Source: Opitutales bacterium (lineage in GTDB: Bacteria; Verrucomicrobiota; Verrucomicrobiia; Opitutales; PNEW01). Taken from it: a stretch of 32,000 nucleotides of DNA. Shown here in pieces: positions 8,950-17,965 of the stretch. The stretch is taken from contig CBDCNV010000001.1 in the NCBI GenBank assembly GCA_965219535.1, positions 1,440,001 to 1,472,000 of the forward strand. Reading direction: 5' to 3'. The translations under genes were made by a program, and so were the position numbers. The notes under the pieces are model-generated. The model saw only the letters and a list, made by a program, of their open reading frames with translations. It had not been told where the DNA came from and searched no databases. Numbering within the stretch: position 1 is the first letter of the stretch; every line of letters starts with the position of its first letter.

Positions 8950-10752
8950 TTATTCTAGCGTAATGGGGTAAGCGTATTGACCCTGAAACTGGCTTGAAAG
9001 AGGGATGGCTGTTTCCCAGAGCGTCGTGGCGGTAATTGACTGACGCGCGATATTGTTTGCGGGCGAAGAAAACTGTTCAACCACCGAAGGTGGTAGATCA
9101 TATAAATTTTCACCCTCCAACCTTAAGCCTGGTGTATCTTTTAAGAGTTTTAGATAGATCGCCTCACGACTTCTCCCCGCACGCAGATTATCGACAATAT
9201 CCTGAAAGGATGACACATACCCATCCAATACATTATCTACGCGTTCAGCCTCTTTTGCATCGGCAATCAGGACGGTCAATACATCACCGGAGCGAAGATT
9301 CGCGGGAACGGGAATAGAGACTGGATGAAAAGTCGGGTCTTTGTGATAGTGGTAGAGACTCAGCACCAGATCAATTGTGCTTCCTGCGCGGACGCGCCTC
9401 GAAGTTACTCTTACTTCTTTGAGGTAACTCAGCTCCCAGTGATCACTTATCTCTATCTCCAAATCGATACCGCTCACTCTAGGGATAGCAAATGCATTGT
9501 CATAGAGTTGGCTTATTTTTTTCTGAAATTCCATCGTAACACTATAAGCCCCCTTTGGACCGGATGCTATCTCGCGGTATTTAATAGGTGCGAATCCATC
9601 AATGGCGATGCGTCCGTCGATAGTAAAAGTCTGTATCTCACCTGCTTCCAGGGTTGAATTAAGTGACTCCATGAGAGCGATGCCCGTTAAGATAGGAGAA
9701 AGGGTAGGGTGTTCGAATATATTACCCCTAAAATGCCGCTCTGCTCCATTCGCGTTGCGAGTACGAATGGATAAGGGCGTAAGAGGCGGCAACGGTCCTA
9801 TCTTTCCCGCAATACTTGTCAATCGATCCTGATAAATTGAACCTAAAAGAGGTCCGGTATTTGAAAGTTTAAATGACTGGGCAATAGACTGGACAACGGT
9901 AATGATCTCCGCGCCCGCCATGGGAATACTTGCGGAACCGTATTTTAGAAAGGGGTGACCGAAAGCCAGGATGGTGTCATTTTTTCGATAAGTAACAGTC
10001 CCTGTCGCCGAAATATTAAAATCACCGTTCATGAGGACAGCTGAAACCGGCGCACCCGGTTCGAGTTTAAATTTTGAGTCCGGTGAAGCACTCCCCATCG
10101 GCGCTTGCATAACTTGTAACCCTAAATCTTCTAATTGAGATTTAAATACATTTAAAGTTTGCTGTGATACACCGGATACAAAAAGAGGTGTCGGTTGAGG
10201 CTGCAAAAGTGATTCTACCATTTCATTAGATATATTTTCATTCCCACTCGCGAGTTGCCATTTACTGTGTTCATGTTCATTTCGCTGGCGATTTTCCGAC
10301 ACGTTTGATCTTTTAATCGTTGGTCGGTGATTAGGCGCTGGCGGCTCTACGGGGTAAGTATTAATGAGTTCAATCATATCTTCTATCGGGGTAACGAGAA
10401 TAATAGCCTGCTCCTTTGGCCAGCTGTATCCATAGGCATAGGCGCCGACCAGTTTCCCGTTAATATAAACTGGACTACCGCTCATCCCGGCAACAGGTCC
10501 TGTCAGCATATTTTTCGTATCAATCGCTTCGCAGATGATAACCGATCTTTTTGGCCCGACAAAATTGTGCGCTATGCCGAGCACCTTGAGTTCAAAATTC
10601 TCAATCGTCGTTCCTGAGACAACAGTCTTCCACATACCTTTCATCCCCGGCTTTACCGCGGTTAAAGGCATTATTTCCGGTTCGGTAGCGCAGAGAGAAA
10701 CGACCGAGAATAATAGAATATTGATACTGCAGACTAGGTTTCGAAAATGCAT
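8950..10752 (-). CDS. Secreted serine-protease-like protein (SpoIVB/S55-like catalytic segment)
   Basis: It has a signal peptide. The segment LTGPVAGMSGSPVYINGKLVGAYAYGY resembles the catalytic-Ser region (GMSGSP) of S55/chymotrypsin-fold peptidases. A long C-terminal extension follows. The family assignment is from memory, not from a search. Confidence 0.55.
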   Translation of the reverse strand: MHFRNLVCSINILLFSVVSLCATEPEIMPLTAVKPGMKGMWKTVVSGTTIENFELKVLGIAHNFVGPKRSVIICEAIDTKNMLTGPVAGMSGSPVYINGKLVGAYAYGYSWPKEQAIILVTPIEDMIELINTYPVEPPAPNHRPTIKRSNVSENRQRNEHEHSKWQLASGNENISNEMVESLLQPQPTPLFVSGVSQQTLNVFKSQLEDLGLQVMQAPMGSASPDSKFKLEPGAPVSAVLMNGDFNISATGTVTYRKNDTILAFGHPFLKYGSASIPMAGAEIITVVQSIAQSFKLSNTGPLLGSIYQDRLTSIAGKIGPLPPLTPLSIRTRNANGAERHFRGNIFEHPTLSPILTGIALMESLNSTLEAGEIQTFTIDGRIAIDGFAPIKYREIASGPKGAYSVTMEFQKKISQLYDNAFAIPRVSGIDLEIEISDHWELSYLKEVRVTSRRVRAGSTIDLVLSLYHYHKDPTFHPVSIPVPANLRSGDVLTVLIADAKEAERVDNVLDGYVSSFQDIVDNLRAGRSREAIYLKLLKDTPGLRLEGENLYDLPPSVVEQFSSPANNIARQSITATTLWETAIPLSSQFQGQYAYPITLE

Positions 10753-10979
10753 GAATATTATAGCAAAACTAAATATAAAAAGAGGCTCAAGTTCTTAAGC
10801 ATATTAATTGGGACTATAGTGCACCCTTTTCGTTCCCGTGATAAAGGGTCTTTGTCTTCCCTGTTACATTCTTCTCTAGAACTATATGATGATCTAACGA
10901 TACAAATCGATTATCCGCAATCTTATACGGTTTCGCTATTTGTTATTCAAATAATAGGAAGTGTAATGCGGTTGATCAG

Positions 10980-11735
10980 TTATCGTTGTTTTTTTGCTTT
11001 GCCCTGATTGGCAACTGTCTGGATAGCTTTTTCGACCGCCTCAGGATCGCCGAGATAGTGGTGGTTAACAGGTTTTAATGACTTATCTAATTCATAAACG
11101 AGTGGTATTCCCGTAGGGATATTGAGTTTGACAATTTCTTCATCGGGAACCTGATCGAGAAATTTTACGAGCGCGCGCAATGTATTACCGTGTGCGGCAA
11201 TGATAACCTCTTTGTTTTCTTTAATCACTGGCGCGATACTCTCGTACCAATAAGGCATAAATCTATCTACCGTGTCCTTGAGGCACTCGCTCAAGGGAAG
11301 ATCCTGTTCGGATAAGTCCGCATAGCGCGGGTCATGGCCAGGGTAATGTTCATCCGACTTGTTGAGAGCGGGTGGGGGAATATCATAGCTGCGACGCCAG
11401 GTCAAAACCTGGTCCTCCCCGAACTTTTCAGCGGTTTGCGCTTTGTTCAACCCCTGTAACGCGCCGTAATGTCTTTCGTTGAGTCGCCATGATCGTATAA
11501 CAGGAATCCACATAAGATCCATTTCATCTAAGGCTAACCAGAGTGTACGGATCGCACGCTTGAGAACAGATGTAAAGGCGAGATCAAATACATAACCTTC
11601 TTTTTTTAGTAACTGTCCTGCTATTTTAGCTTCACCTATACCCTGTTCTGACAAATCCACATCAGCCCACCCGCTAAACAGATTCTCCTTATTCCAAATG
11701 CTTTCACCGTGTCTTAATAATACGAGCTTACTCAT
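10980..11735 (-). CDS. gpmA: 2,3-bisphosphoglycerate-dependent phosphoglycerate mutase
   Basis: The N-terminus is [29 protein letters not shown]. It also has [11 protein letters not shown] and [10 protein letters not shown], and a typical length of 251 aa. Confidence 0.93.
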   Translation of the reverse strand: MSKLVLLRHGESIWNKENLFSGWADVDLSEQGIGEAKIAGQLLKKEGYVFDLAFTSVLKRAIRTLWLALDEMDLMWIPVIRSWRLNERHYGALQGLNKAQTAEKFGEDQVLTWRRSYDIPPPALNKSDEHYPGHDPRYADLSEQDLPLSECLKDTVDRFMPYWYESIAPVIKENKEVIIAAHGNTLRALVKFLDQVPDEEIVKLNIPTGIPLVYELDKSLKPVNHHYLGDPEAVEKAIQTVANQGKAKKQR

Positions 11736-11786
11736 TGCGTGTCTTTATTCATCGATTAATTAATATAAAAAATCACTCTACAAATT

Positions 11787-12809
11787 CTACGTATAACTCA
11801 TGATAGTAACTGTTGCATATACACCGAGCAGTATGAATCCGAATGGCCGATTTAATTTATCCTTGGAAAAAGTGATTCCAATACGAAATATAATAAGAAT
11901 AATGAGCATCGCGGGAAAAAGAAATTGAAAGAAATGCGGAGGGGCTGAAAGCCCACCCAGTGTTACCGCAGAGGCAGAACCGGCGACGAAGAGGACATTG
12001 AGTATATCTGCGCCGATGATATTTCCCACCGCCAATTCCCCATGACCTTTAGTTACTGCAGTAATGCAGGTAATCAATTCCGGGAGTGAAGTTCCAAAAG
12101 CTACCAGGGTAGCTGCGATGATGCTGTCGGGGACACGGAGGCGAACCGCTGTTTCCTCGACCGCGGGAATCAGGATACGCGAAGAAATCACAACGATCAC
12201 GATAGAAATAAATAATTTGAATAGGGTATAAGCTATTTTCGATGACTCTTCATTTCCCCTTTCATCTTCGACCGCTATTTCCGAGCTGTCTGTTTTTACC
12301 CATTTCAAGGTCAACCAGAGATAAGCAATAAGCAGAAGAAGAAAAACAAAACCCATATACTGTGGTAATCCACCACCGACGGAAAAGGTTGTATTCAGGC
12401 TTCTGTATGGGATGCAGGCAAGGACTAGAAGAAAACCCGCGCCCAATTGAATCCACCCCTGCCGATTAACGATTTTTTTATTGAGCGGAAGGGGTGACAA
12501 AACAGTAGCTAACCCAAGGATTAATCCGGTATCACATATAATCGATCCCACGGCATTGCCCAAAGCCAGTTCAGGGTTTCCCGTTATTGCCGCGAACACG
12601 GAAACGGATGCTTCGGGTAATGTGGTGCCGATACTTACAATCGTTGCGCCGATTAATATCTTGGGCACACCCCAACGGAGCGAAAGCGTTACCGCTTCTT
12701 CAACCAGCATGTCAGCTCCCCGCGCAAGCGTATAGATGAATATTGCGATAATAGCAAAGAGAAGGGGCAGCGACTGTGCCTCCATCAGATGTTGAAGCAG
12801 GGTTTCCAT
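11787..12809 (-). CDS. Ca2+/cation antiporter (CaCA family, YrbG-like)
   Basis: The 340-aa polytopic protein has the two alpha-repeat motifs GTTLPEASVSVFAA..GNAVGSIICDTGLILG and GTSLPELITCITAV..GNIIGADILNVLFVAG. Confidence 0.85.
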   Translation of the reverse strand: METLLQHLMEAQSLPLLFAIIAIFIYTLARGADMLVEEAVTLSLRWGVPKILIGATIVSIGTTLPEASVSVFAAITGNPELALGNAVGSIICDTGLILGLATVLSPLPLNKKIVNRQGWIQLGAGFLLVLACIPYRSLNTTFSVGGGLPQYMGFVFLLLLIAYLWLTLKWVKTDSSEIAVEDERGNEESSKIAYTLFKLFISIVIVVISSRILIPAVEETAVRLRVPDSIIAATLVAFGTSLPELITCITAVTKGHGELAVGNIIGADILNVLFVAGSASAVTLGGLSAPPHFFQFLFPAMLIILIIFRIGITFSKDKLNRPFGFILLGVYATVTIMSYT

Positions 12810-12982
12810 TATAATAGGATAAGCAGATTAAATTACTTTAATCTCAGAGGTGCATACATGTGCCGAATGAAATAATCAAAAGAAAATTTGATTAGATAAT
12901 CGAATCTGGGGTAATCATTGGTTCTTTTATCTTCAATTCCTCTTGTCTGGATAGTTCGATAATACTTTAATACAGAGTCATT

Positions 12983-13810
12983 ATGAGCGTAGCCGACCAA
13001 ATAGAAGATACCGCAGCTAATACTATTCAAAGTGTGCGCGCAGAGGGGTGGTGTCTAGTGAAAGGAGTGATTCCCGAGGAAGAATGTGAGAAAATACGAC
13101 AGGGCATTTATGATGTGGCTAGGGCAAATCGCAAAGATTATGCCACCGAAGGACTGACTTTTCTGCCCGCTTTTATCAATCATAATCAATCCTATGCAAA
13201 GTACATCGCGGATCCTAAGGTATTGGCCGTCGTCAAAGGAATATTTGGTTCCCACCCTCGTGTTTCTTATACGTCAGCGCTCATAAATGAACCTGACAAT
13301 AAAAGGGGGTCATGGCATGCGGACTGGCCGTTTAATGCGCAAAAAGCTGGTCATATCCCGAGTCCTTACCCCATGGATGTAATTTTCCATTTAACCACCC
13401 TTTGGATGATTTCCCCCTTCACGGTTGAAAATGGGGGCACGCTTATTCTTCCCCGGAGTCATCGTAAGCCGACCAATCCAACCTGCGAACCGGATGGAAA
13501 TTGGACTCAACCCCTTGAAGGTGAAATGAACGCGATTGGTCCCAGTGGAAGTGTACTGATACTGGATAGTCGCATGTGGCACGCAACGGCGAAAAATATT
13601 TCCGACAAACCGCGAGTGGGGCTGGCGATTCGCTACGCGCCATGGTGGCTGAATCTGGATATTCTGATGCCGGGCTCGGAAGAGCGTAAAATGATGGTGG
13701 AAGAACCCGGTGTGTCGGAAAATGAAGTGCCCCGATTAAAGCAGGAGGTCTACAATAATTTACCCAATGAAACTAAGCCACTCTTTCGCCATTGGTTACA
13801 TAAGCGTTGA
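12983..13810 (+). CDS. Phytanoyl-CoA dioxygenase (PhyH) family Fe(II)/2-oxoglutarate dioxygenase
   Basis: A His-x-Asp (WHADWPF) and a distal His (RMWHATAKN) are followed by R..GLAIRY, the PhyH-type facial triad and 2OG-binding Arg pattern. Confidence 0.75.
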   Translation: MSVADQIEDTAANTIQSVRAEGWCLVKGVIPEEECEKIRQGIYDVARANRKDYATEGLTFLPAFINHNQSYAKYIADPKVLAVVKGIFGSHPRVSYTSALINEPDNKRGSWHADWPFNAQKAGHIPSPYPMDVIFHLTTLWMISPFTVENGGTLILPRSHRKPTNPTCEPDGNWTQPLEGEMNAIGPSGSVLILDSRMWHATAKNISDKPRVGLAIRYAPWWLNLDILMPGSEERKMMVEEPGVSENEVPRLKQEVYNNLPNETKPLFRHWLHKR

Positions 13811-13877
13811 AAATACAACGGGATGGTTATTAGAATAAGAGTTGAAATGTCTCACTAGTAACCGCTAGATTTGTCCT

Positions 13878-14672
13878 ATGAGTGATTTCGACTTAAGTTA
13901 TGATTATAATTTAGGTTACGATTACGTTAATTCCTTTGTCCAATGGACGAGCTTTGAAGACGATCATACCCCGCGCTGTGCCTTGCATGCCAGTTGCAAG
14001 GTGCGCGGTAAAGGCGAAGAGTTCAGAGAATACTTTTTAAGTCATCCCTGCGCGGGTGAGAAAATGTATGCGGACACACAATTAATATTGCTCCCGGCAT
14101 CTGAGTTTCACGTTATTTTTTCTGATGATGGACAGTTTATGTTTGTAAAATCCTTCGAAACGGAGCCCGGGTTTGAACGCATGGCTTATCGCCGGGGAGA
14201 TACCGTTAAAAGGAAAAACGTACAGATGAAAGGGGTCATCGATATTTTGGAAAGCGGCTTGAGGTATTTTGTCGAAGTTGCGGAAATGACTACCTATAAG
14301 GAAGTCCATGACGCGATGGTCGGTAACAAGCCCATTCTGGGGAGAACACGCTATCTTGCGAAAAAGGGTGATGAAGAAATCGAAGTAGTAGCTGAATATC
14401 CGGTAACGGTTATGAATACACGGCACGACCACGATACGTGGCAGGTCGATACCGGTCCCATGCTGCTCCCCTACTTTTCAATTGAACACAATCTTGAAGT
14501 TGCGCTCTTTCGGCAGGCTTACATTGCCTATAACCGATGGGATTATGCTGAATGTGCGATGCGCTTACCGGTAGCGATTGAAGGGGTGGACCACCCCGTC
14601 CTCTACTATGAAAATTGTGGGCCGCCCGGTACGGAAGTGCGCAATCAGATGTTCGTCGTAAAAGTTATTTAG
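13878..14672 (+). CDS. Hypothetical protein (264 aa, no family recognised)
   Basis: It is a long ORF with ordinary composition, co-directional with the PhyH gene and 67 nt downstream of it. It has no signal peptide or TM segment. Confidence 0.7.
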   Translation: MSDFDLSYDYNLGYDYVNSFVQWTSFEDDHTPRCALHASCKVRGKGEEFREYFLSHPCAGEKMYADTQLILLPASEFHVIFSDDGQFMFVKSFETEPGFERMAYRRGDTVKRKNVQMKGVIDILESGLRYFVEVAEMTTYKEVHDAMVGNKPILGRTRYLAKKGDEEIEVVAEYPVTVMNTRHDHDTWQVDTGPMLLPYFSIEHNLEVALFRQAYIAYNRWDYAECAMRLPVAIEGVDHPVLYYENCGPPGTEVRNQMFVVKVI

Positions 14673-14889
14673 TATGCGGGTACGCGTGAATGCGTATATG
14701 CGAAAAAGCGTGAATGCGGTTATGGATATACGCAAAAAAGGCGTGATCCGAGTTTCGCAGTCGCGGAACGACATCTTCCAAACCAGTTGATCGGTGTGTC
14801 GGATTGATCGACGCTGTGTGTATACTTGGAAATCTCCGCATTACCGCTTATACGCATTTACGCGAATACGCATTATCGCGTATCTGCAA
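14673..14889. repeat. Composite intergenic repeat, copy C, filling the whole convergent gap from stop codon to stop codon
   Basis: Positions 14673-14745 hold 9 octamers (TATGCGGG TACGCGTG AATGCGTA TATGCGAA AAAGCGTG AATGCGGT ...). Module Y is at 14748-14783 and module W at 14783-14807. After a 17-nt spacer, 14825-14889 holds the same octamer family inverted (..CCGCAT TACCGCTT ATACGCAT TTACGCGA ATACGCAT TATCGCGT). Confidence 0.8.
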
Positions 14890-15120
14890 TCAGCCTTTAA
14901 CTACTTTACCTGCTTTGATTGCTTTGGCCGATACCCACATTCTTTTTACCTGGCCACTGGCCAAGCGCACTCTAATCTTCTGCACATTGGGTCGAAAAGT
15001 GCGTTTGACTGCCTTCGTTATATTAGTACCGATGCCCCCGCTCTTTTTAGGTATACCTTTGCGATGAATTATCCCACCGCGAACGGGTCTCTTGCCAGTG
15101 ATTGCACAAATTCTAGACAT
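14890..15120 (-). CDS. rpmB: 50S ribosomal protein L28
   Basis: The 76-aa ORF starts MSRICAITGKRPVRGG.. and is highly basic, with the typical L28 N-terminus and size. Confidence 0.9.
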   Translation of the reverse strand: MSRICAITGKRPVRGGIIHRKGIPKKSGGIGTNITKAVKRTFRPNVQKIRVRLASGQVKRMWVSAKAIKAGKVVKG

Positions 15121-15276
15121 AGTAATTTATCTCTCTCGTAAAAAAGGAGAAAAAAGTAGTCTTTACCCGTGTTAATGCAAGAAAAAATAGAAAACAGATC
15201 AGATCCATCACGCTTATATTATCATTTTAACTTTGCACCTTAGAATCGATCTAATCAATTTAATGAGAAATAAGCG

Positions 15277-16299
15277 ATGAATCCCTTTGAAAAAGTAAGC
15301 ATTGGCGAAACTGGCGTCGAGGTGACTCGCCTCGGGCTGGGTGGGGCACCATTGGCCGGAATGGCTGCATTTGATGAGGATTATGAGAATTATCTGAACA
15401 GGAGCTTTGCCGAAGCGCTTGAAATCATTCAATCCGCTTATAAAAAGGGGATCCGTTATTTTGATATGGCACCTTTATATGGCGTCGGTCGCAGTGAAGT
15501 CCGTTATGGCCGGATTCTCAGTCAATTACCAAGGGACAGTTTTTCCCTTTCGACCAAAGCATCGCGCTTACTTGTTCCGGAAGATCCGGATTCCCTGGAT
15601 CCCTATAGTGAGGATGGCATCCCCAAGTATAAAGTCGAATTTGATTTCAGTGCCAACGGTCTCCAGCGATCCCTGGAGGCTAGCTTGAAGAGATTGCATT
15701 TGGATTTTACGGATATTCTTTTCTTGCATGACAGCGATTTTTTTCCCGAAGACGCTGAACGCAATTCCATCGAGGGATTGACCGCGCTACTTAAGCTGCG
15801 GGATAGCGGCGTGGTTAAAGCTATCGGAATGGGAGTGAACCATTGGGAAACTCCCGCTAGCATGATAAAACAATTCGATTTGGATGTTATTTTACTTGCC
15901 GGTCGATACACCCTCTTAGATCAGACATCATTGCCCGAATTTATGCCCCTATGTCTAGAGCGGGGAGTGAAAGTTGTCATCGGAGGTCCCTATAATAGCG
16001 GAATCCTCGCGCGCGATCTCAACCAACCCGTCACTTTCGATTACGAGTTAGCACCTGAGGCTTTAGTGGATAAAGCGCGCAGGATCAAAGCTGTCTGCGA
16101 CCGACATCAGATCGATCTGAAAGCCGCCGCGCTCCAATTTATCATTGCTCACCCGGCGGTTGCCTCTGCTATTCCCGGATCCGCATCTCTTGAAGAATTG
16201 GAAGAAAACATTCGCATGGCGCAGCAAGAGATTCCATCAGACCTCTGGGCAGAATTAAAAAGTGAAAAGCTCATCCCCGATGAAGCCCCAACGCCTTGA
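15277..16299 (+). CDS. Aldo/keto reductase family oxidoreductase
   Basis: It has the AKR pattern: GLGGAPLAG, FDMAPLYG (Asp/Tyr), STK (Lys), LHD (His), and a C-terminal IPGSASLEELEENI. At 340 aa it resembles sugar (aldose/fucose-type) dehydrogenases, but the substrate is unknown. Confidence 0.85.
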   Translation: MNPFEKVSIGETGVEVTRLGLGGAPLAGMAAFDEDYENYLNRSFAEALEIIQSAYKKGIRYFDMAPLYGVGRSEVRYGRILSQLPRDSFSLSTKASRLLVPEDPDSLDPYSEDGIPKYKVEFDFSANGLQRSLEASLKRLHLDFTDILFLHDSDFFPEDAERNSIEGLTALLKLRDSGVVKAIGMGVNHWETPASMIKQFDLDVILLAGRYTLLDQTSLPEFMPLCLERGVKVVIGGPYNSGILARDLNQPVTFDYELAPEALVDKARRIKAVCDRHQIDLKAAALQFIIAHPAVASAIPGSASLEELEENIRMAQQEIPSDLWAELKSEKLIPDEAPTP

Positions 16300-16422
16300 G
16301 TGGGGTGCCAATTTTCAAGACATACATTTTCTTATCGACCGGGCAGTGATTCTAGGGGTTGACAACAATCATGGGGATGCCCAGATTATTTTTTAATTAA
16401 CTAATTATTAAACAATAAAGTC

Positions 16423-17052
16423 ATGGCATATACACTTCCAGAATTAGAATATTCATACGATGCATTGGAACCGCATATTGATGCGCGGACGATGGAAATT
16501 CATCATTCAAAACATCATGCAACTTACATTACTAAGGCCAATGCGGCTCTTGAAGACGCTAGTGATCTCGCCGGTAAGTCAGTTGAGGAACTTATTGCTG
16601 ATGTTGCGAATCTTCCAGATAAGGTAAAGGGTCCTCTGCGTAATAATGCAGGTGGGCATGCCAATCACTCTTTTTTCTGGCAAACACTTTCAGGTAGTGG
16701 TGGAGGAGAACCTTCGGGTGATCTCGCTGCCGGTATCAATGACGCATTCGGTGGTCTCGATAGTTTTAAAACAGCATTTACCGATGCAGGTGTTAACCGC
16801 TTCGGAAGTGGTTGGGCTTGGCTTGTCGTAAACGCCGAGGGAAAACTCGCGGTCACTTCTACGCCGAATCAGGATAGTCCATTGATGAAGGGTGTAGTCG
16901 ATGTGGAGGGAACACCAATCATTGGGCTCGATGTCTGGGAGCACGCTTATTATTTAAAATATCAAAACGTGAGGCCGGACTATATCGCCGCTTTCTGGAA
17001 TGTTGTTAATTGGGCCAAAGCCGAAGAAAGATTTAAAGCAGCAACCGGGTAA
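16423..17052 (+). CDS. sodA: Superoxide dismutase, Fe/Mn family (Mn-type by similarity to E. coli SodA)
   Basis: Motifs present: [51 protein letters not shown] and [19 protein letters not shown]. The GGHANHS and NQDSPLM segments match the MnSOD pattern as I remember it. Confidence 0.88.
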   Translation: MAYTLPELEYSYDALEPHIDARTMEIHHSKHHATYITKANAALEDASDLAGKSVEELIADVANLPDKVKGPLRNNAGGHANHSFFWQTLSGSGGGEPSGDLAAGINDAFGGLDSFKTAFTDAGVNRFGSGWAWLVVNAEGKLAVTSTPNQDSPLMKGVVDVEGTPIIGLDVWEHAYYLKYQNVRPDYIAAFWNVVNWAKAEERFKAATG

Positions 17053-17053
17053 G

Positions 17054-17081
17054 GGTTCGTGCTTCAGGGTTCAGGGTTCAG
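17054..17081 (+). repeat. Heptamer array (GGTTCAG)n immediately after the sodA stop
   Basis: It reads GGTTCGT GCTTCAG GGTTCAG GGTTCAG, starting 2 nt after the TAA at 17050-17052. Confidence 0.7.
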
Positions 17082-17174
17082 GAAATTGAAATAGATTATA
17101 GTCTTCTTTATCCTTGAATTCTATTTGGATATTTTGAGGAGGGTGAACAAGTGGCATGGAACAAGATAATGGCT

Positions 17175-17230
17175 CCATCATGCATCATGTATCCCGCATC
17201 TTGCATCCTGAATTAAGCATTTTGCATTAC
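17175..17230 (-). repeat. Heptamer array (NNNATGC)n downstream of the efp stop
   Basis: The plus strand reads CCATCAT GCATCAT GTATCCC GCATCTT GCATCCT GAATTAA GCATTTT GCATTAC. In the efp sense it starts 14 nt after the stop. Confidence 0.65.
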
Positions 17231-17244
17231 TCTAATCCACTATT

Positions 17245-17802
17245 TTACGCGCGCCCGAGGTAAGAACCGTCTTCTGTACTCACTCTAATCAGGTCACCTG
17301 ACTTGATGAAAAGTGGAGTTTGTACAATAACTCCAGTCGCCGTTGTCACCGGCTTGAGAGCGCTACCCGAGGTGTCTCCTTTGAGGCCTTCAGGGGCATC
17401 AGTTACTTTCAATTCTACGGAAGAGCGCAGTTGAATCTGTACTGCCTGACCGTCGACAAAGAGAATATCATACTCATTACCTTCGGATAGATATTTTTTC
17501 GCATCTTCGATCATATCTTCCGCCAAAACCGTATCCTCAAAGGTTTCAGGATGGAGAAAGTGGTAGCCCTCTTGATCTAAGTAACTGAACTCTAATCGCT
17601 GAGAGTCGGTCATAAGTATTTCAACATTATCCGTGCTGCGGAATTTTGTCGTTGTCGTGCTGCCACTTGTCAAATTGCGAAGCGTGGTCTGGACAAATCC
17701 AGCTTGTCTTCCTTGAGTCCGATGCATCATATCGAGAACTAAATGCGGCGAGCCATTATAGTTAATAACTTTACCTTTACGAAGTTCTGTAGGTGAGGGC
17801 AT
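17245..17802 (-). CDS. efp: Elongation factor P (Arg32 type)
   Basis: The 185-aa ORF has EF-P architecture and motifs (..LRKGKVINYNGSPHLVLDMMH.., ..GDTSGSALKPVTTATG..). The loop tip reads TQGRQAG, with Arg at residue 32 (codon 17707-17709). Confidence 0.92.
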   Translation of the reverse strand: MPSPTELRKGKVINYNGSPHLVLDMMHRTQGRQAGFVQTTLRNLTSGSTTTTKFRSTDNVEILMTDSQRLEFSYLDQEGYHFLHPETFEDTVLAEDMIEDAKKYLSEGNEYDILFVDGQAVQIQLRSSVELKVTDAPEGLKGDTSGSALKPVTTATGVIVQTPLFIKSGDLIRVSTEDGSYLGRA

Positions 17803-17965
17803 TGATTGTTTGGCTCTGTAATTTAGTTAGTACAATTAATAGTGCGAACATGTGATTAGGTTATTGAGGGGAATGGTGTCAATCCTGAGACGCATCATTC
17901 TCACACAAATATAGACGCTTTACAATTGCGCTAATAGCCGTAGGGTGATGACAGTAAGTATATTT

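Noticed and set aside
10747-11007. An 86-aa track ORF in the gap between the protease gene start and the gpmA stop.
   Set aside because: It overlaps the start of the protease gene and the end of gpmA. Its composition is AT-rich and low-complexity, and it has no motif. The gap more likely holds the protease promoter, plus a 7-bp hairpin (ACCCTTT..AAAGGGT at about 10834-10860) of unknown significance.
14565-15141. Track ORFs 14565..14774 (-), 14794..15141 (+) and 14804..15067 (+).
   Set aside because: They are read-throughs of the octamer repeat arrays, giving periodic Arg/Ile/Tyr/Ala-rich products, or they are antisense to rpmB. An 8-nt repeat period is not compatible with a conserved reading frame.
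16359-16389. A TTGACA ... GATTAT sigma-70-like promoter upstream of sodA.
   Set aside because: The -35 element is perfect, but every candidate -10 hexamer is weak or needs an 18-19-nt spacer. Promoter consensus for this lineage is unknown, so I do not list it as a feature.
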